From Candidatus Dadabacteria bacterium (GTDB taxonomy: Bacteria; Desulfobacterota_D; UBA1144; Nemesobacterales; CSP1-2), in NCBI GenBank assembly GCA_963805855.1, contig CAWDVW010000005.1:416001-480000 (forward strand): a stretch of DNA of 64,000 nucleotides, in the 5' to 3' direction. How positions within the stretch are numbered: the first letter of the stretch is position 1; every line of letters starts with the position of its first letter. The position numbers and the translations under genes are program-made. The notes beneath the pieces were generated by a model, which was not told where the DNA came from, ran no database searches, and was given only the letters and a program-made list of their open reading frames with translations. This document shows positions 1 through 11,280 of the stretch, in pieces.

Positions 1-392
1 AGTTTCGAAAGGGCAATTACAAAGGGCATAAGAACTACCTTTGGATGAGGCCGCCTCAGGAAGCGCGAAAAAATGAAGTTTCACCTTTGTGTTCGTTACC
101 CCATAATACAAGCAATATACCATCTTACAGGGACAAAAAAAGCATAAAAATAATTCTTTGACAAAATTAACATGTTAACCCTTGACATATATATCAAGAA
201 TATATTAGTATCGTAAAACTATGATCGAGCGCGTATACATGGGTCCGGATGGGGTGACCCATTTATCGATTGCACGAAAATAGCCGTGGTTAACTCACCG
301 GATACGGGTAAAAAATTTCCACAGAGTTTAGAGCAGTATCCTATTAACAACAATACTTAAAAGTAAAATATTTCATTAAAGGAGGATTTAGT

Positions 393-1043
393 ATGAATAA
401 GGGAATGGTTGGATCATTATTTTTAATTTTGGTTTTTTCATTCGCAGCGTATTTGTCGACTTCAAGCATCGCTAAAGAAGCGGCCACCGAGAAAGCAGGC
501 GAGATGAAGTCAATTGAAGGGAATGTGTACTGTGTTGAGTTGGATGACAAAGGACAAATCATTATGAAAGAGGAATGGACTGAATGCAAAGGATCTCTCG
601 TCGAGGCAGGAGCGGACGGTAGATCGTATGTTATCCAGGGAACCGTCGAGGATGAGAAAATGATCATGAAGCAAACAGATGAAAAGAAGACGGTCAACGG
701 AATAGTTTCAGGAAATAATCGCGGCTGGATTCTGGCGGCAACCTCCGCAGAGCATCCCGAGCCAGCGGTAACATCCGCCGAGGATATAACGGTTAAAGGT
801 ACGATAGTTTGCCTGCTCCCAAACTACCAAGCAGGGAATTTCAAGCAGGTTGTAGCAGCTGGCCCGTGTACTGAGTTGGATCAGCATCTACATGTAATTC
901 AAACGAGCGATGGTCAAGTTTATGCAATTCACGGGTCCGAAGAAGCAATTCACAGCATTGAATCCATGTCCAATAGAAATAACGTAGAATTAAAGGGGAA
1001 AATCCAAGGCGATCAGGGAGCCTGGGTGTTATTTGTTCAGTAG
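393..1043 (+). CDS. Exported hypothetical protein with two tandem Cys-containing repeats
   Basis: GGAGG RBS at 381-385; signal-peptide-like N-terminus; internal duplication (IEGNVYC..C..GRSYVIQG..W / VKGTIVC..C..GQVYAIHG..W). Confidence 0.8.
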   Translation: MNKGMVGSLFLILVFSFAAYLSTSSIAKEAATEKAGEMKSIEGNVYCVELDDKGQIIMKEEWTECKGSLVEAGADGRSYVIQGTVEDEKMIMKQTDEKKTVNGIVSGNNRGWILAATSAEHPEPAVTSAEDITVKGTIVCLLPNYQAGNFKQVVAAGPCTELDQHLHVIQTSDGQVYAIHGSEEAIHSIESMSNRNNVELKGKIQGDQGAWVLFVQ

Positions 1044-1075
1044 AACTCCTTCTTAAAATATTGTACATCAGGATG

Positions 1076-1120
1076 GAGGGGAATCTGTCAGGGATAGATT
1101 GCCCCTCTGGTTTTATTTTT
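1076..1120 (+). terminator. Probable intrinsic terminator
   Basis: GAGGGGAATCT/AGATTGCCCCTC stem followed by a T-rich tract, 33 bp after the stop codon. Confidence 0.6.
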
Positions 1121-1580
1121 ATCTTGAACAAGAAAGCATAGTCGAAACCTTATAATCGACGTATCCGTGATTAGATTTGAACCTAGACCACGCAATCGGG
1201 AATCGCTTTTCGAAGCTGAGTATCAAAGGTCGAAATTCGAAACGGAGCACTCTTACCGTTTTCCACAGCGGCCATGCGACAGTGCCTGGCCCAAAAGGAC
1301 CGAATATGGCGATATCAGTGGAGGAATGAAAGGTTTCCTTGATTGGGAAAGGGGAGAGAACTTTGCAAACCCCACTCTATTAATATCGGTTTGAAAGCCA
1401 GCACAACTCGTAACTTTAAACAAATTACAAACATCTTGACATCGTACCAATTAAGAAGTTTTGATGAAAAATAATTGACTCAGATACATAACTTGCTTTA
1501 AATTGTAATATAAAGATATAATCTTCGGTACTTCATCGAATCACAATAACTTTACGCCATTATGAAATTGGAATCATGGT

Positions 1581-2348
1581 ATGAATCAAACCGACCACCT
1601 AAAATTGATTCTTGGGATTGATATCGGAGGAACCCATATAAAGGCATCGCTCGCTGACATTGATTCTGGAAGACTGACCGGAAAGCATCTATTTGTAACA
1701 ACTCCACAGCCGTCGACACCAGATGCTATGTTCTCGATAATTAATAATATGATTTCTGATCTAAATTGGAGAGGCCAAATCGGGAGTGGATTTCCAGGTG
1801 TCATAAAAAAGGGTACGGTATTTACTGCCGCAAATCTGTCTAAAGAATGGATCGGAGTGAACCTAGAGAACGAAATTCATAAATTTACCGAGGGTAATGT
1901 CACCGTAATAAATGACGCCGATGCCGCTGGCCTCGCGGAAATGAAGTTTGGAGCCGGGGTTGAATATAATAGGCAAGATGGTGGTATCGTACTAATGGTA
2001 ACATTGGGTACCGGCATTGGTACTGCCTTGTTTGCGAATGGAGCCCTAGTTCGAAATACGGAATTCGGTCACATTGAAATTGATGGCGTTGATGCCGAAA
2101 CACGCGCGGCGACAGTGCATAGAGAAAGGGAGGGTCTCAGCTGGCAGGATTGGGGAGCTCGCGTGAATAAGTATCTTCAAACTATGGAGAAGCTACTATC
2201 CCCAGATGTGTTTATAATAGGCGGCGGAGTTAGCGAAAGCAGCGAGAAATTCTTTCCATTTATAGAAGTTAAAGCAAAGATGATCCCCGCACAAATGGGT
2301 AATGATGCGGGAATCGTGGGAGCGGCGATCGCGACAAATATCCAGTAA
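1581..2348 (+). CDS. ppgK: Polyphosphate/ATP glucokinase (ROK family)
   Basis: GIDIGG, TPQPSTP, NDADAAGLAE, TLGTGIGTA, NTEFGH and IIGGGVS motifs. Confidence 0.88.
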   Translation: MNQTDHLKLILGIDIGGTHIKASLADIDSGRLTGKHLFVTTPQPSTPDAMFSIINNMISDLNWRGQIGSGFPGVIKKGTVFTAANLSKEWIGVNLENEIHKFTEGNVTVINDADAAGLAEMKFGAGVEYNRQDGGIVLMVTLGTGIGTALFANGALVRNTEFGHIEIDGVDAETRAATVHREREGLSWQDWGARVNKYLQTMEKLLSPDVFIIGGGVSESSEKFFPFIEVKAKMIPAQMGNDAGIVGAAIATNIQ

Positions 2349-2387
2349 ATTAAGAAATAGAGGATAGAAAAGATAAGGAGATCAGCA

Positions 2388-4442
2388 ATGCCCCGAAAAC
2401 AAAGCCTGGAACAACTTATTATCAACACAATAAGAACACTATCAATGGACGCTGTTCAAAAAGCAAATTCAGGCCACCCCGGGACGCCGATGGCAATGGC
2501 CCCAGTGGCGTATACGGTCTGGGATAAATTCATCCATCATAATCCCAGGAACCCAGACTGGCCCAATCGAGACCGTTTCGTGCTCTCCGCTGGACATGCT
2601 TGCATGCTATTATATAGTATCTTCCATATATCCGGATATGACGTCTCACTAAACGACATCAAGACTTTTCGTCAACTAGGAAGTAAATGCGCCGGGCATC
2701 CTGAATACGGACTGATACGCGGAATTGAAACAACAACCGGACCGCTCGGTCAGGGCGTAGCCACCAGTGTGGGAATGGCTATAGCTGAAAAATGGCTTGG
2801 CACCTATTTTAACCGTCCAGGACATGAAATCATAAACTATAATATTTTCGCCCTTGCCGGAGATGGATGTATGATGGAGGGAATTTCTAGTGAGGCCGCT
2901 TCTCTTGCCGGGCACCTGGGTCTCAACAACCTGATTTGGATTTACGATAATAACCATATAACCATCGAGGGGCATACGGCATTGGCGTTTACGGAGGACG
3001 TGGCCGCCAGATTCATGGGTTATAACTGGCATGTTCAAAGAGTCGGCGATGCCAATAATCTTGAACTGCTTGAGGAATCGTTTCAGAGAGCGGTTGACGA
3101 AGCAGACCGACCGTCCTTAATCATTGTAGACAGCCATATTGGTTATGGTAGCCCGAACAAACAGGATACATCCGCGGCTCATGGTGAGCCGCTGGGCGAA
3201 GAAGAAATACGTAAGACGAAAATCAATTATGGTTGGGATCCCAATAAGAAGTTTTACGTTCCTGAAGAAGTAAAGGCTTATCGTACTACAGTCATCGAGA
3301 AAGGTGAAAGGGTTGAGGAAGAGTGGAAACTGAAGTTTTCGAGGTATGAATTTGAATACCCTGACCTGGCAGAGCAATTCAAACTGATCCAAAGTCGTGA
3401 GATGCCACCCGGTTGGGACTCATGCCTTCCAAAATTTTCCCCTGACCCTAAAGGTCCAGCTACCCGGGTATCAAATGGCAAAATTTTAAACACAATCGCG
3501 ACGAATATACCATGGTTCATGGGTGGAGCCGCCGACGTGGGACCATCAACAAAGACTTACATAGATAATGCGAGTAGTTTCGAAAGGAATGTCTACAGTG
3601 GAAGGAACTTTCATTTTGGAGTTCGGGAGAACGCGATGGCCGCAGTAGCAAATGGCATGGTTCTCAGTAAACTTCGAACCTATGTCGCTTGCTACTTTGT
3701 TTTCTCAGACTACATGCGAGCCCCACTCAGACTCTCCTGCTTGATGCAACAGCCGGTCATTTTTGTCTTTACACATGATAGCATAGCGTTAGGTGAAGAC
3801 GGTCCAACTCATCAGCCAATTGAACACTTGGCTTCCCTAAGGGCTATTCCAAATATGGAAGTAATCAGGCCAGCTGATGCAAATGAACTAAGTGCCCTCT
3901 GGAAGTATATAATGGCGGTAAAAAATCATCCAGTTGCTTTAATACTAACGCGGCAGGGTGTGCCGACATTTGACCGATCTAAGTACGCCCCGGCGGAAGG
4001 TGCCTTACGCGGTGCTTATATTATTGCACACACTAGAGGAAAACCCGACATAATAATGATAAGCACTGGGTCAGAGGTTCAGTTATGTCTTGAAGCCCAT
4101 CAGAGATTAAAAAGTCAGGGAATCAAATCGCGAGTTGTCAGCATGCCTTCTATGAATCTATTCGAGACACAAGACGCTGAATACAGGGAGGAGGTTTTGC
4201 CTAGTTCAATACGAGCTCGTCTGGCAGTTGAAGCGGGATCCACATTCGGCTGGGGTAGGTATACAGGGATCAGGAACCTTGACGGTGGTGTAATAGGTAT
4301 GAGGGATTTCGGCGACTCTGCCCCTGTACATGATTTGTTGAAAGAATTTGGACTGACGTCAGATCACGTTGTTGCTGAAGCCAAGAGGATATTAAATAAA
4401 CATAGGAAGAAAGCCCATAGGCAGATTAAAAAACGAGCATGA
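2388..4442 (+). CDS. tkt: Transketolase
   Basis: ANSGHPG, NRDRFVLSAGH, GDG..MEG ThDP motif, THDSIALGEDGPTHQP. Confidence 0.97.
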   Translation: MPRKQSLEQLIINTIRTLSMDAVQKANSGHPGTPMAMAPVAYTVWDKFIHHNPRNPDWPNRDRFVLSAGHACMLLYSIFHISGYDVSLNDIKTFRQLGSKCAGHPEYGLIRGIETTTGPLGQGVATSVGMAIAEKWLGTYFNRPGHEIINYNIFALAGDGCMMEGISSEAASLAGHLGLNNLIWIYDNNHITIEGHTALAFTEDVAARFMGYNWHVQRVGDANNLELLEESFQRAVDEADRPSLIIVDSHIGYGSPNKQDTSAAHGEPLGEEEIRKTKINYGWDPNKKFYVPEEVKAYRTTVIEKGERVEEEWKLKFSRYEFEYPDLAEQFKLIQSREMPPGWDSCLPKFSPDPKGPATRVSNGKILNTIATNIPWFMGGAADVGPSTKTYIDNASSFERNVYSGRNFHFGVRENAMAAVANGMVLSKLRTYVACYFVFSDYMRAPLRLSCLMQQPVIFVFTHDSIALGEDGPTHQPIEHLASLRAIPNMEVIRPADANELSALWKYIMAVKNHPVALILTRQGVPTFDRSKYAPAEGALRGAYIIAHTRGKPDIIMISTGSEVQLCLEAHQRLKSQGIKSRVVSMPSMNLFETQDAEYREEVLPSSIRARLAVEAGSTFGWGRYTGIRNLDGGVIGMRDFGDSAPVHDLLKEFGLTSDHVVAEAKRILNKHRKKAHRQIKKRA

Positions 4443-4510
4443 ACTATCGCTGAACCACGACTGGTTAGACCGACCCGCAGGCAGGTAAATTATCAGGAAA
4501 GGAGAACACA

Positions 4511-7339
4511 ATGTCGAAAATAAAGGAGTTAACCGACTTAGGTCAATCCATATGGTACGACTACATCCGTCGCTCGTTCATCACCTCGGGAGAGCTAAAA
4601 GCATTAATCGATGAGGGCCTCCTAGGAGAAACCTCAAATCCCTCGATTCTGGAAAAAGCAATCGCAGGCAGTTCCGACTATGACGGCGATATAAAAAGGC
4701 TTGTAAAAGAAAACAGGTCTGTCGAAGAGATTTATGAAGCGCTCGCGCTGGAAGATATTACGCTGGCTGCTGATCTATTTAGACCATCGTATGATTCTAC
4801 AAATGGCGCGGATGGGTTTATAAGCCTGGAAGTCAGTCCGACATTGGCCCATGATACTCAAAGCACGATCGCCGAGGCAAAAAGGTATCACAGATTGATA
4901 AATCGTCCAAATTTACTGATAAAGGTTCCGGCCACTCCGGAGGGTATACCAGCGATAACAGAATTAATAGGCTCGGGGATTAGCGTGAACGTTACCCTAA
5001 TGTTCAGTCTCGACCACTATAAGGCGGTTTCGGAGGCTTATATTAAAGGGCTAGAAAAATTAGCTTCGGACGGACCATCAGTTCCAGGCGGTCATAAGGT
5101 TGATAAGGTCGCGTCGGTGGCGTCATTTTTTGTAAGTCGCGTGGACACAGCCGTTGATCACGAATTGGAAAAGATCGGAAATACCCAGCTACAAGGTAAA
5201 ATAGCGATTGCTAATTCGAAAGCGACATACTTAGAATTTCAAAACACCTTCAGGGGTCCTCGATGGGAGAATCTAGCGTCAAAAGGAGCCAGAGTCCAAA
5301 GGGTATTGTGGGCGAGTACCAGCACCAAAAATCCTCTTTATCCCGATACCATGTATGTAGACGAGCTGATCGGGCCAAACACAGTTAATACAGTTCCACC
5401 TGTAACATACAAAAGCTTTCGAGACCATGGAACACCAAAAGTCACGATTACAGAGGGCGTCGATCACGCGATGTCCCAACTCTCCGAATTAAATAAGCTA
5501 GGTATAGATCTTAGCGCGGTAACGGCAAAATTGCAGGATGACGGCGTAGTAGCCTTTGCTAAATCATTTGAAACTCTCATGGCCAGCATCGAGGAGAAGA
5601 AAGATAGGCTGATTGCAAAGAAAAAAGGGTTTTCCGCAAGTCTAGGAAAACACCGGAAGGTCGTTACTGACGAGCTTAAAAGGATGGAGGACAATCATAT
5701 CAGCCAGCGAATCTGGAATTTTGACTTCTTCGTTTGGAAGGATGATCCCACCGAGATCAGTAATAGACTAGGTTGGCTGCACATTCCCGAGGTTATGATG
5801 GACGCCATACCTGGGATAAATTTCGTCGTGGATTCGGCCAGAGCGGATGGATACCGGTATGCCGTACTCCTTGGAATGGGCGGGTCAAGCTTGGCTCCGT
5901 ATGTTTTTCGGGAAACCTTTGGTGCAAAGAAAGACTATCTGGATCTATCAGTCCTCGACAGCACCGATCCTGGCGCCGTACTCGACAACAGAAACAGGGT
6001 TGAGCTCGATAAGACCCTCTTCATCGTCTCCACAAAGTCCGGAAGTACCAACGAAACCCTCTCATTCATGAGATATTTCTATAATGAGGTGTTGGACGTT
6101 GTTGGAGCAGAAAATGCCGGAAAACACTTCATAGCCATTACTGATCCCGGAAGTCCATTGGCGAAGACAGCAACTGAACTGAAATTTCGAAAGACATTTC
6201 TCAACGACCCCAATATTGGCGGCCGTTACTCTGTTCTATCTTATTTTGGCTTGGTCCCTGCAGCCTTAATCGGTATCGATTTAAATCTTCTGTTGGAAAG
6301 GTCAATCGCCATGCTCCACAACAATGAGAGCTGTAATTCACCGATCGCGGGAAATAATTCGGGTGCATGGTTAGGGACGAGCATGGGAATTCTTGCCAAC
6401 CTGGGTCGAGATAAAACGACACTGGTTGCTTCTCCACCCATTTCGCACATTGGAACATGGGTAGAGCAGCTGATTGCGGAGAGCACTGGTAAAGAGGGAA
6501 AGGGAATTTTACCGGTGGACGGGGAGGAATTACTACCCCCTGAATTTTACGGAAATGATCGCTTATTTGTCTACATGAGATTGGAAGATGATGCTACTTA
6601 CGATGATAAGGTGAAAGCACTTGAAGATGCGGGACAGCCAGTCGTCCAATTAAATCTCAGAGATCTTTACGACCTAGGGGGAGAATTTTTCAGGTGGGAA
6701 ATGGCGATTGCCGTCGCCGGCATGCACCTTGGAATTAATCCGTTTAATCAACCAAATGTTGAGGCGGCAAAGGTTCTTGCCAGAAATATGGTCGCGGCCT
6801 ATCAAAAGGAAGGACGACTGCCGGAGATTGATGCGTCCTTAGTAGCAAATGGCTTGAAAGTGTATTCAGATTTTTCAACCGACAGTATAGAAGACGCTCT
6901 TCATAAATTTTTAGCGCTTGGAAATCCTGGTCAGAACGAGGGTAAAGGAAGGAGTTATGTTACGCTACAGGCTTATATAAAACCTTCGCCTGAACACGAT
7001 AAAGCGCTTCATACTTTACGTACCACAATTCAGAAAAAATACCGACTCGCAACAACTCAAGGCTACGGCCCTCGATTTTTGCATTCCACCGGTCAACTCC
7101 ACAAGGGAGATGCCGGCCATGGATTATTTATTCAGTTCTTGTCAGAAATGCCGCAAGACATTCCCGTACCTGATAAGCCTGGCGAGCCTGCCTCTTCAAT
7201 AACCTTTGGTATAATAAAGAACGCCGCTGCCCTTGGCGACCGTCAGGCGCTCAAGGACGTTGGCAGAAAGGTTATAACGTTTGATTTGGGTAGAGACATC
7301 GTCGGTGGTTTAACAAAGCTAAATGACAGCATAAAGTGA
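4511..7339 (+). CDS. tal-pgi: Bifunctional transaldolase / glucose-6-phosphate isomerase fusion
   Basis: N-terminal TSNPSI, LIKVPAT, LWASTSTK; C-terminal GMGGSSL, STKSGST, IGGRYS, QLIAESTGK, NPFNQPNVE. Confidence 0.95.
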   Translation: MSKIKELTDLGQSIWYDYIRRSFITSGELKALIDEGLLGETSNPSILEKAIAGSSDYDGDIKRLVKENRSVEEIYEALALEDITLAADLFRPSYDSTNGADGFISLEVSPTLAHDTQSTIAEAKRYHRLINRPNLLIKVPATPEGIPAITELIGSGISVNVTLMFSLDHYKAVSEAYIKGLEKLASDGPSVPGGHKVDKVASVASFFVSRVDTAVDHELEKIGNTQLQGKIAIANSKATYLEFQNTFRGPRWENLASKGARVQRVLWASTSTKNPLYPDTMYVDELIGPNTVNTVPPVTYKSFRDHGTPKVTITEGVDHAMSQLSELNKLGIDLSAVTAKLQDDGVVAFAKSFETLMASIEEKKDRLIAKKKGFSASLGKHRKVVTDELKRMEDNHISQRIWNFDFFVWKDDPTEISNRLGWLHIPEVMMDAIPGINFVVDSARADGYRYAVLLGMGGSSLAPYVFRETFGAKKDYLDLSVLDSTDPGAVLDNRNRVELDKTLFIVSTKSGSTNETLSFMRYFYNEVLDVVGAENAGKHFIAITDPGSPLAKTATELKFRKTFLNDPNIGGRYSVLSYFGLVPAALIGIDLNLLLERSIAMLHNNESCNSPIAGNNSGAWLGTSMGILANLGRDKTTLVASPPISHIGTWVEQLIAESTGKEGKGILPVDGEELLPPEFYGNDRLFVYMRLEDDATYDDKVKALEDAGQPVVQLNLRDLYDLGGEFFRWEMAIAVAGMHLGINPFNQPNVEAAKVLARNMVAAYQKEGRLPEIDASLVANGLKVYSDFSTDSIEDALHKFLALGNPGQNEGKGRSYVTLQAYIKPSPEHDKALHTLRTTIQKKYRLATTQGYGPRFLHSTGQLHKGDAGHGLFIQFLSEMPQDIPVPDKPGEPASSITFGIIKNAAALGDRQALKDVGRKVITFDLGRDIVGGLTKLNDSIK

Positions 7340-8091
7340 TTAAAGTTTTCATATTCGATCTCGATGGTACATTGGTGCAGACCGAAACTCTAAAGGCCAG
7401 GTCATACGCTAAAGCTGCGGTGGAACTGAAACCCACACTTAAAGAAGAGCAAATTATAGAGGCATTCAAAGATGTTGTGGGGCTTTCCCGAAAAGAGGTT
7501 TCCGAAGCCATAATGGAACGCTTTGGTTTACGAGAGATGGCTAGCGCCAAGATGACGGAATTTAACGTGCACAAACCTTGGCAGGCATTTGCGCAGATTA
7601 GAATGGGTATCTACGACTCTTTGATTTCAAACCCTGAGATTTTAAGCCAACACCTGTGCCCATATAATGTTGGTCTCTTAAAATGGGCAAGACAAAATGG
7701 ATACCCAACCGGCCTAGGCACGCAGTCTCATCGACCACAGACTCTACGCATCCTGGAAATCCTGAACATTCGGGACGAGTTCGACTTCATTGCTACCCGT
7801 GAAGATGTTGAAAATCCGAAGCCCGATCCGGAGATTTATCTACTGTTGGCGAATGAGTTACAGATCTCTCCTCCGGAAAGTCTTGTTATTGAAGACTCCG
7901 CCACTGGAGTTCAAGCCGCTCTTAGCGCGGGAATGAGGTGCATCGCAGTTACAACTGAGTTTACGAAAGAAGGTGTGCATAAGATGAACAACTTTGATGA
8001 GCGCTGGATTGTGGACTCCCCGCCAGAATTACTGGAAGTAGCAAAACGTTTTATTGCTGAAAACGCTGGGGGAGGGGAGAGGATCAGTTGA
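7336..8091 (+). CDS. HAD-superfamily phosphatase (beta-phosphoglucomutase-like)
   Basis: FDLDGTL, KPDPEIY, IEDS motifs; GTG start overlaps the tal-pgi stop. Confidence 0.88.
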   Translation: MIKVFIFDLDGTLVQTETLKARSYAKAAVELKPTLKEEQIIEAFKDVVGLSRKEVSEAIMERFGLREMASAKMTEFNVHKPWQAFAQIRMGIYDSLISNPEILSQHLCPYNVGLLKWARQNGYPTGLGTQSHRPQTLRILEILNIRDEFDFIATREDVENPKPDPEIYLLLANELQISPPESLVIEDSATGVQAALSAGMRCIAVTTEFTKEGVHKMNNFDERWIVDSPPELLEVAKRFIAENAGGGERIS

Positions 8092-8810
8092 GCGAAAACG
8101 CGAAGTCCGAACAACTAAAACTGCAGGATCGCCTTAAAAAGGAAGCGGGGCGGGCTGCCGTGGATTTTATCGAATCGAGTATGGTTTTGGGTCTTGGGAC
8201 AGGTTCTACAACCAGGTATGCATTAGAGGAGATTGGAAGAAGGATAAAGTCGGGAAAGTTAAAAGACATCGTTGGAATACCAAGTTCAATACAAACGGAG
8301 AAGATCGCGGGAGAATTAGGAATCAGCCTAACTACCTTCGATGAGTTCCAAGAATTAGATCTTACGATCGATGGGGCCGATGAGGTGGATCCTGAACTCA
8401 ACTTGATCAAGGGAGGAGGAGGTGCTTTGCTCAGGGAAAAGATTTTGGCTCAGGCAAGCAGACGCAATATTATGATTGTGGACGAGAGCAAGCTCTCCCC
8501 GCGGTTGGGAACCCACTGGCCCGTGCCAATTGAGGTGATCCCTTTTGCCTGGAAACTGGTAGAGAAGTTCCTCTTGTCATTAGGTGGAAAGGCTAGACTA
8601 CGAATGAAAGATGATGGCAATCCATATACTACGGATCAGAGCAACTTTATACTCGACACTAAATTTGGACCAATTGCTGATCTTGAGCGCCTCGCATCAA
8701 ATCTAAGCAAAAAGGCAGGTATAGTGGAATTTGGATTATTTCTGGGAACCGCATCCGAGGTAATCGTTGCTGGCGAGAACGGAATTCGCTTTTTAAGACG
8801 TAATGATTAA
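8088..8810 (+). CDS. rpiA: Ribose-5-phosphate isomerase A
   Basis: GLGTGST, DGADEVD, LIKGGGGALLREKI. Confidence 0.96.
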   Translation: MSENAKSEQLKLQDRLKKEAGRAAVDFIESSMVLGLGTGSTTRYALEEIGRRIKSGKLKDIVGIPSSIQTEKIAGELGISLTTFDEFQELDLTIDGADEVDPELNLIKGGGGALLREKILAQASRRNIMIVDESKLSPRLGTHWPVPIEVIPFAWKLVEKFLLSLGGKARLRMKDDGNPYTTDQSNFILDTKFGPIADLERLASNLSKKAGIVEFGLFLGTASEVIVAGENGIRFLRRND

Positions 8811-8839
8811 TAATTTGTTAATGACCATTTCAGACCTTT

Positions 8840-9517
8840 ATGCAGAATCTCAAAGTTGAAATAGAACCATCAATACTATCAGCAGATTTTTCCAGGATTG
8901 GGCAGGCTGCAAAAGAGGCGGAAGAAGCGGGCGTCTCGGCAATTCAGATCGACGTTATGGACGGGAGGTTCGTACCTAATATAAATTTTGGACCAGGCGT
9001 TGTATCAGCCTTAAGACCGCTGGTTAAACTAAAGCTTGACGTACATTTAATGATTATGGAACCCGAACGATACATAGAGACATTTGCCGAAGCTGGTGCA
9101 GATCGTATAATCGTTCATCAGGAGGCGTGTATTCATCTCCACAGGGCGCTTGAATCTATACGAGAGCTAGGAATTGAGGCAGGGGTTACTCTAAATCCCG
9201 GCACACCCGCGTCTACTATAGGAGAAGTCCTTGAATTAGCTGATCTCGTCCAGGTAATGGGTGTGAATCCAGGTTTTGGCGGTCAAAAGTTTATCCATAA
9301 TCAGTTGGACAAGATAAAGCGTATCCGAGGGATGCTCGACGAATTGAACATTGACACCCCGATAGCCTTAGACGGAGGAATCGATACGCAAACAGCTCCC
9401 CTAGTCGTCGGAGCAGGAGCAACGGTCTTAGTTGCCGGTTCAAGCGTTTATAACTCCAGAGACTCTGTCGTTAATAATATAAATGCACTGCTGAAAAGCG
9501 TGCAATGTCATATGTGA
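8840..9517 (+). CDS. rpe: Ribulose-phosphate 3-epimerase
   Basis: PSILSADF, DVMDG.FVPN, DVHLMI, NPGFGGQKF, DGGI. Confidence 0.96.
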   Translation: MQNLKVEIEPSILSADFSRIGQAAKEAEEAGVSAIQIDVMDGRFVPNINFGPGVVSALRPLVKLKLDVHLMIMEPERYIETFAEAGADRIIVHQEACIHLHRALESIRELGIEAGVTLNPGTPASTIGEVLELADLVQVMGVNPGFGGQKFIHNQLDKIKRIRGMLDELNIDTPIALDGGIDTQTAPLVVGAGATVLVAGSSVYNSRDSVVNNINALLKSVQCHM

Positions 9518-9691
9518 ACTGATATTCATATTCGGTATCGTAAATACCGGATTTTATAAAGACATGATCTCAGGGAGGCAATAATCAAAATCTGGACTAT
9601 CGGTCTAGGGTGATATTATTATCGACGGCGTAAGCCAAATGACGCTGGGAATAATGTTTAATCTACTATAAGAAAAGCGAGGTGTTAAAAT

Positions 9692-11227
9692 ATGGCTAAG
9701 CCTGACAATTGTGTCGTTGTAATTTTTGGTGCGTCCGGCGATCTGACAAAGAGAAAACTGGTACCGGCGCTCTACGCCCTTTATATTCAATATGAACTAC
9801 CAAAACAGTTTGCGGTCTTGGGGACAAGCAGGAGCCCCATCTCCGACATAGATTTCCAGAAAAGGATTGTAGAAGATATCAAAGCGTTCGGCCCGAAAAA
9901 GCCAATCGATCGAAAAAAGCTAAGTGAATTTTCGAAAAACTTCTATTATCAACCCCTTGACGCCACTAATGCAGACGAGTTTGAATTACTGAAGAACAGA
10001 CTCTCTGACTTATCCAAAAAAACGAAAAGCAACGAGAATTATCTCTATTATCTCTCCACGTCGCCTGCCCTATTCCCGACGATTGCGGAGAATCTAGGGA
10101 AAAAGGGGCTTCAGAAGGAACAGAACGGGACAGGCTGGAAGAGAATCATAATCGAAAAACCCTTCGGGCGCGACCTTAACTCCGCCCGGGGTTTAAATGC
10201 CAGATTGCAAAGCCATTTCAAGGAAGACCAGATTTACCGAATCGATCATTACTTAGGTAAAGAAACGGTCCAAAATATCATGGCTTTTCGTTTTGCTAAT
10301 GGGCTTATCGAGCCAATATGGAATAGAAATTTCATTTCTCGCGTGGAGGTAACCGCGGCCGAATCGATCGGAGTTGAAGAAAGGGGTGGATACTATGACC
10401 ACTATGGTGTTATAAGGGATATGGTTCAAAACCACCTGCTCCAGGTGGTAGGAACAATAGCAATGGAACCTCCACCCATTTTTGATGCAACTGCAGTGCG
10501 TAACGAAACAGTTAAGGTATTTCAGTCTCTAAAGCCAATCAAAACAAATGAAGTCAGAAAATACGTCGTTGCGGGTCAATACGTGGCATCAAAGATTCGG
10601 GGTGAAAGTGTTCCTGGATATCGTGATGAAAAGGACGTCGTGAAAGATTCCAGAACACCAACATTTGTCGCTCTAAAAATATTCATCGAGAATTGGCGCT
10701 GGGGGGATGTACCGTTTTTTGTAAGAACAGGAAAACGACTACCTACAAGGGTTACAGAGGTTGTCATATATTTTAAGAAAACGCCCCACCATCTGTTTGC
10801 TGCAAACGATAATCGTAACATCAGTTGTAACCAGCTGATCATCAGGATACAACCCGATGAAGGCACATTGCTTAAATTTGGAATTAAAACGCCCGGTTCA
10901 GGTTTCAATATCGAAGACGTAAGCATGGACTTCCATTATTCCGAGCTTGCTAATACACATGTTCCAGAAGCATATGAGCGCTTGATTCTTGATTGCATGG
11001 TCGGAGATGCGACACTGTACGCCCGTATAGATGCAGTTGAGTCGTGCTGGAGATTTGTAGATCCTATTCTCAATGTATTGGAAAAAAATTCAAGGACGAA
11101 AATGTACGGCTATCCTGCAGGCACGTGGGGCCCGATTGAGTCTCATAAACTTTTTGACAGCCCCAGCGAGGATTGGCGCTATCCCTGTAAGAACCTAGCA
11201 ACCGAAGGGGAGTATTGCGAACTGTAG
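9692..11227 (+). CDS. zwf: Glucose-6-phosphate 1-dehydrogenase
   Basis: GASGDL, EKPFG, RIDHYLGKE, RDMVQNH. Confidence 0.97.
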   Translation: MAKPDNCVVVIFGASGDLTKRKLVPALYALYIQYELPKQFAVLGTSRSPISDIDFQKRIVEDIKAFGPKKPIDRKKLSEFSKNFYYQPLDATNADEFELLKNRLSDLSKKTKSNENYLYYLSTSPALFPTIAENLGKKGLQKEQNGTGWKRIIIEKPFGRDLNSARGLNARLQSHFKEDQIYRIDHYLGKETVQNIMAFRFANGLIEPIWNRNFISRVEVTAAESIGVEERGGYYDHYGVIRDMVQNHLLQVVGTIAMEPPPIFDATAVRNETVKVFQSLKPIKTNEVRKYVVAGQYVASKIRGESVPGYRDEKDVVKDSRTPTFVALKIFIENWRWGDVPFFVRTGKRLPTRVTEVVIYFKKTPHHLFAANDNRNISCNQLIIRIQPDEGTLLKFGIKTPGSGFNIEDVSMDFHYSELANTHVPEAYERLILDCMVGDATLYARIDAVESCWRFVDPILNVLEKNSRTKMYGYPAGTWGPIESHKLFDSPSEDWRYPCKNLATEGEYCEL

Positions 11228-11280
11228 TATCTATATTTAATGCCTAATCGACATTTTAGCTTTAGCAGTAAGGTAAATTT

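Noticed and set aside
181-198. FNR box
   Set aside because: Half-sites are separated by 6 bp rather than 4
4621-4645. Transaldolase GETSNP instead of the usual GVTSNP
   Set aside because: One-base difference in an error-prone assembly; catalytic Lys motif intact
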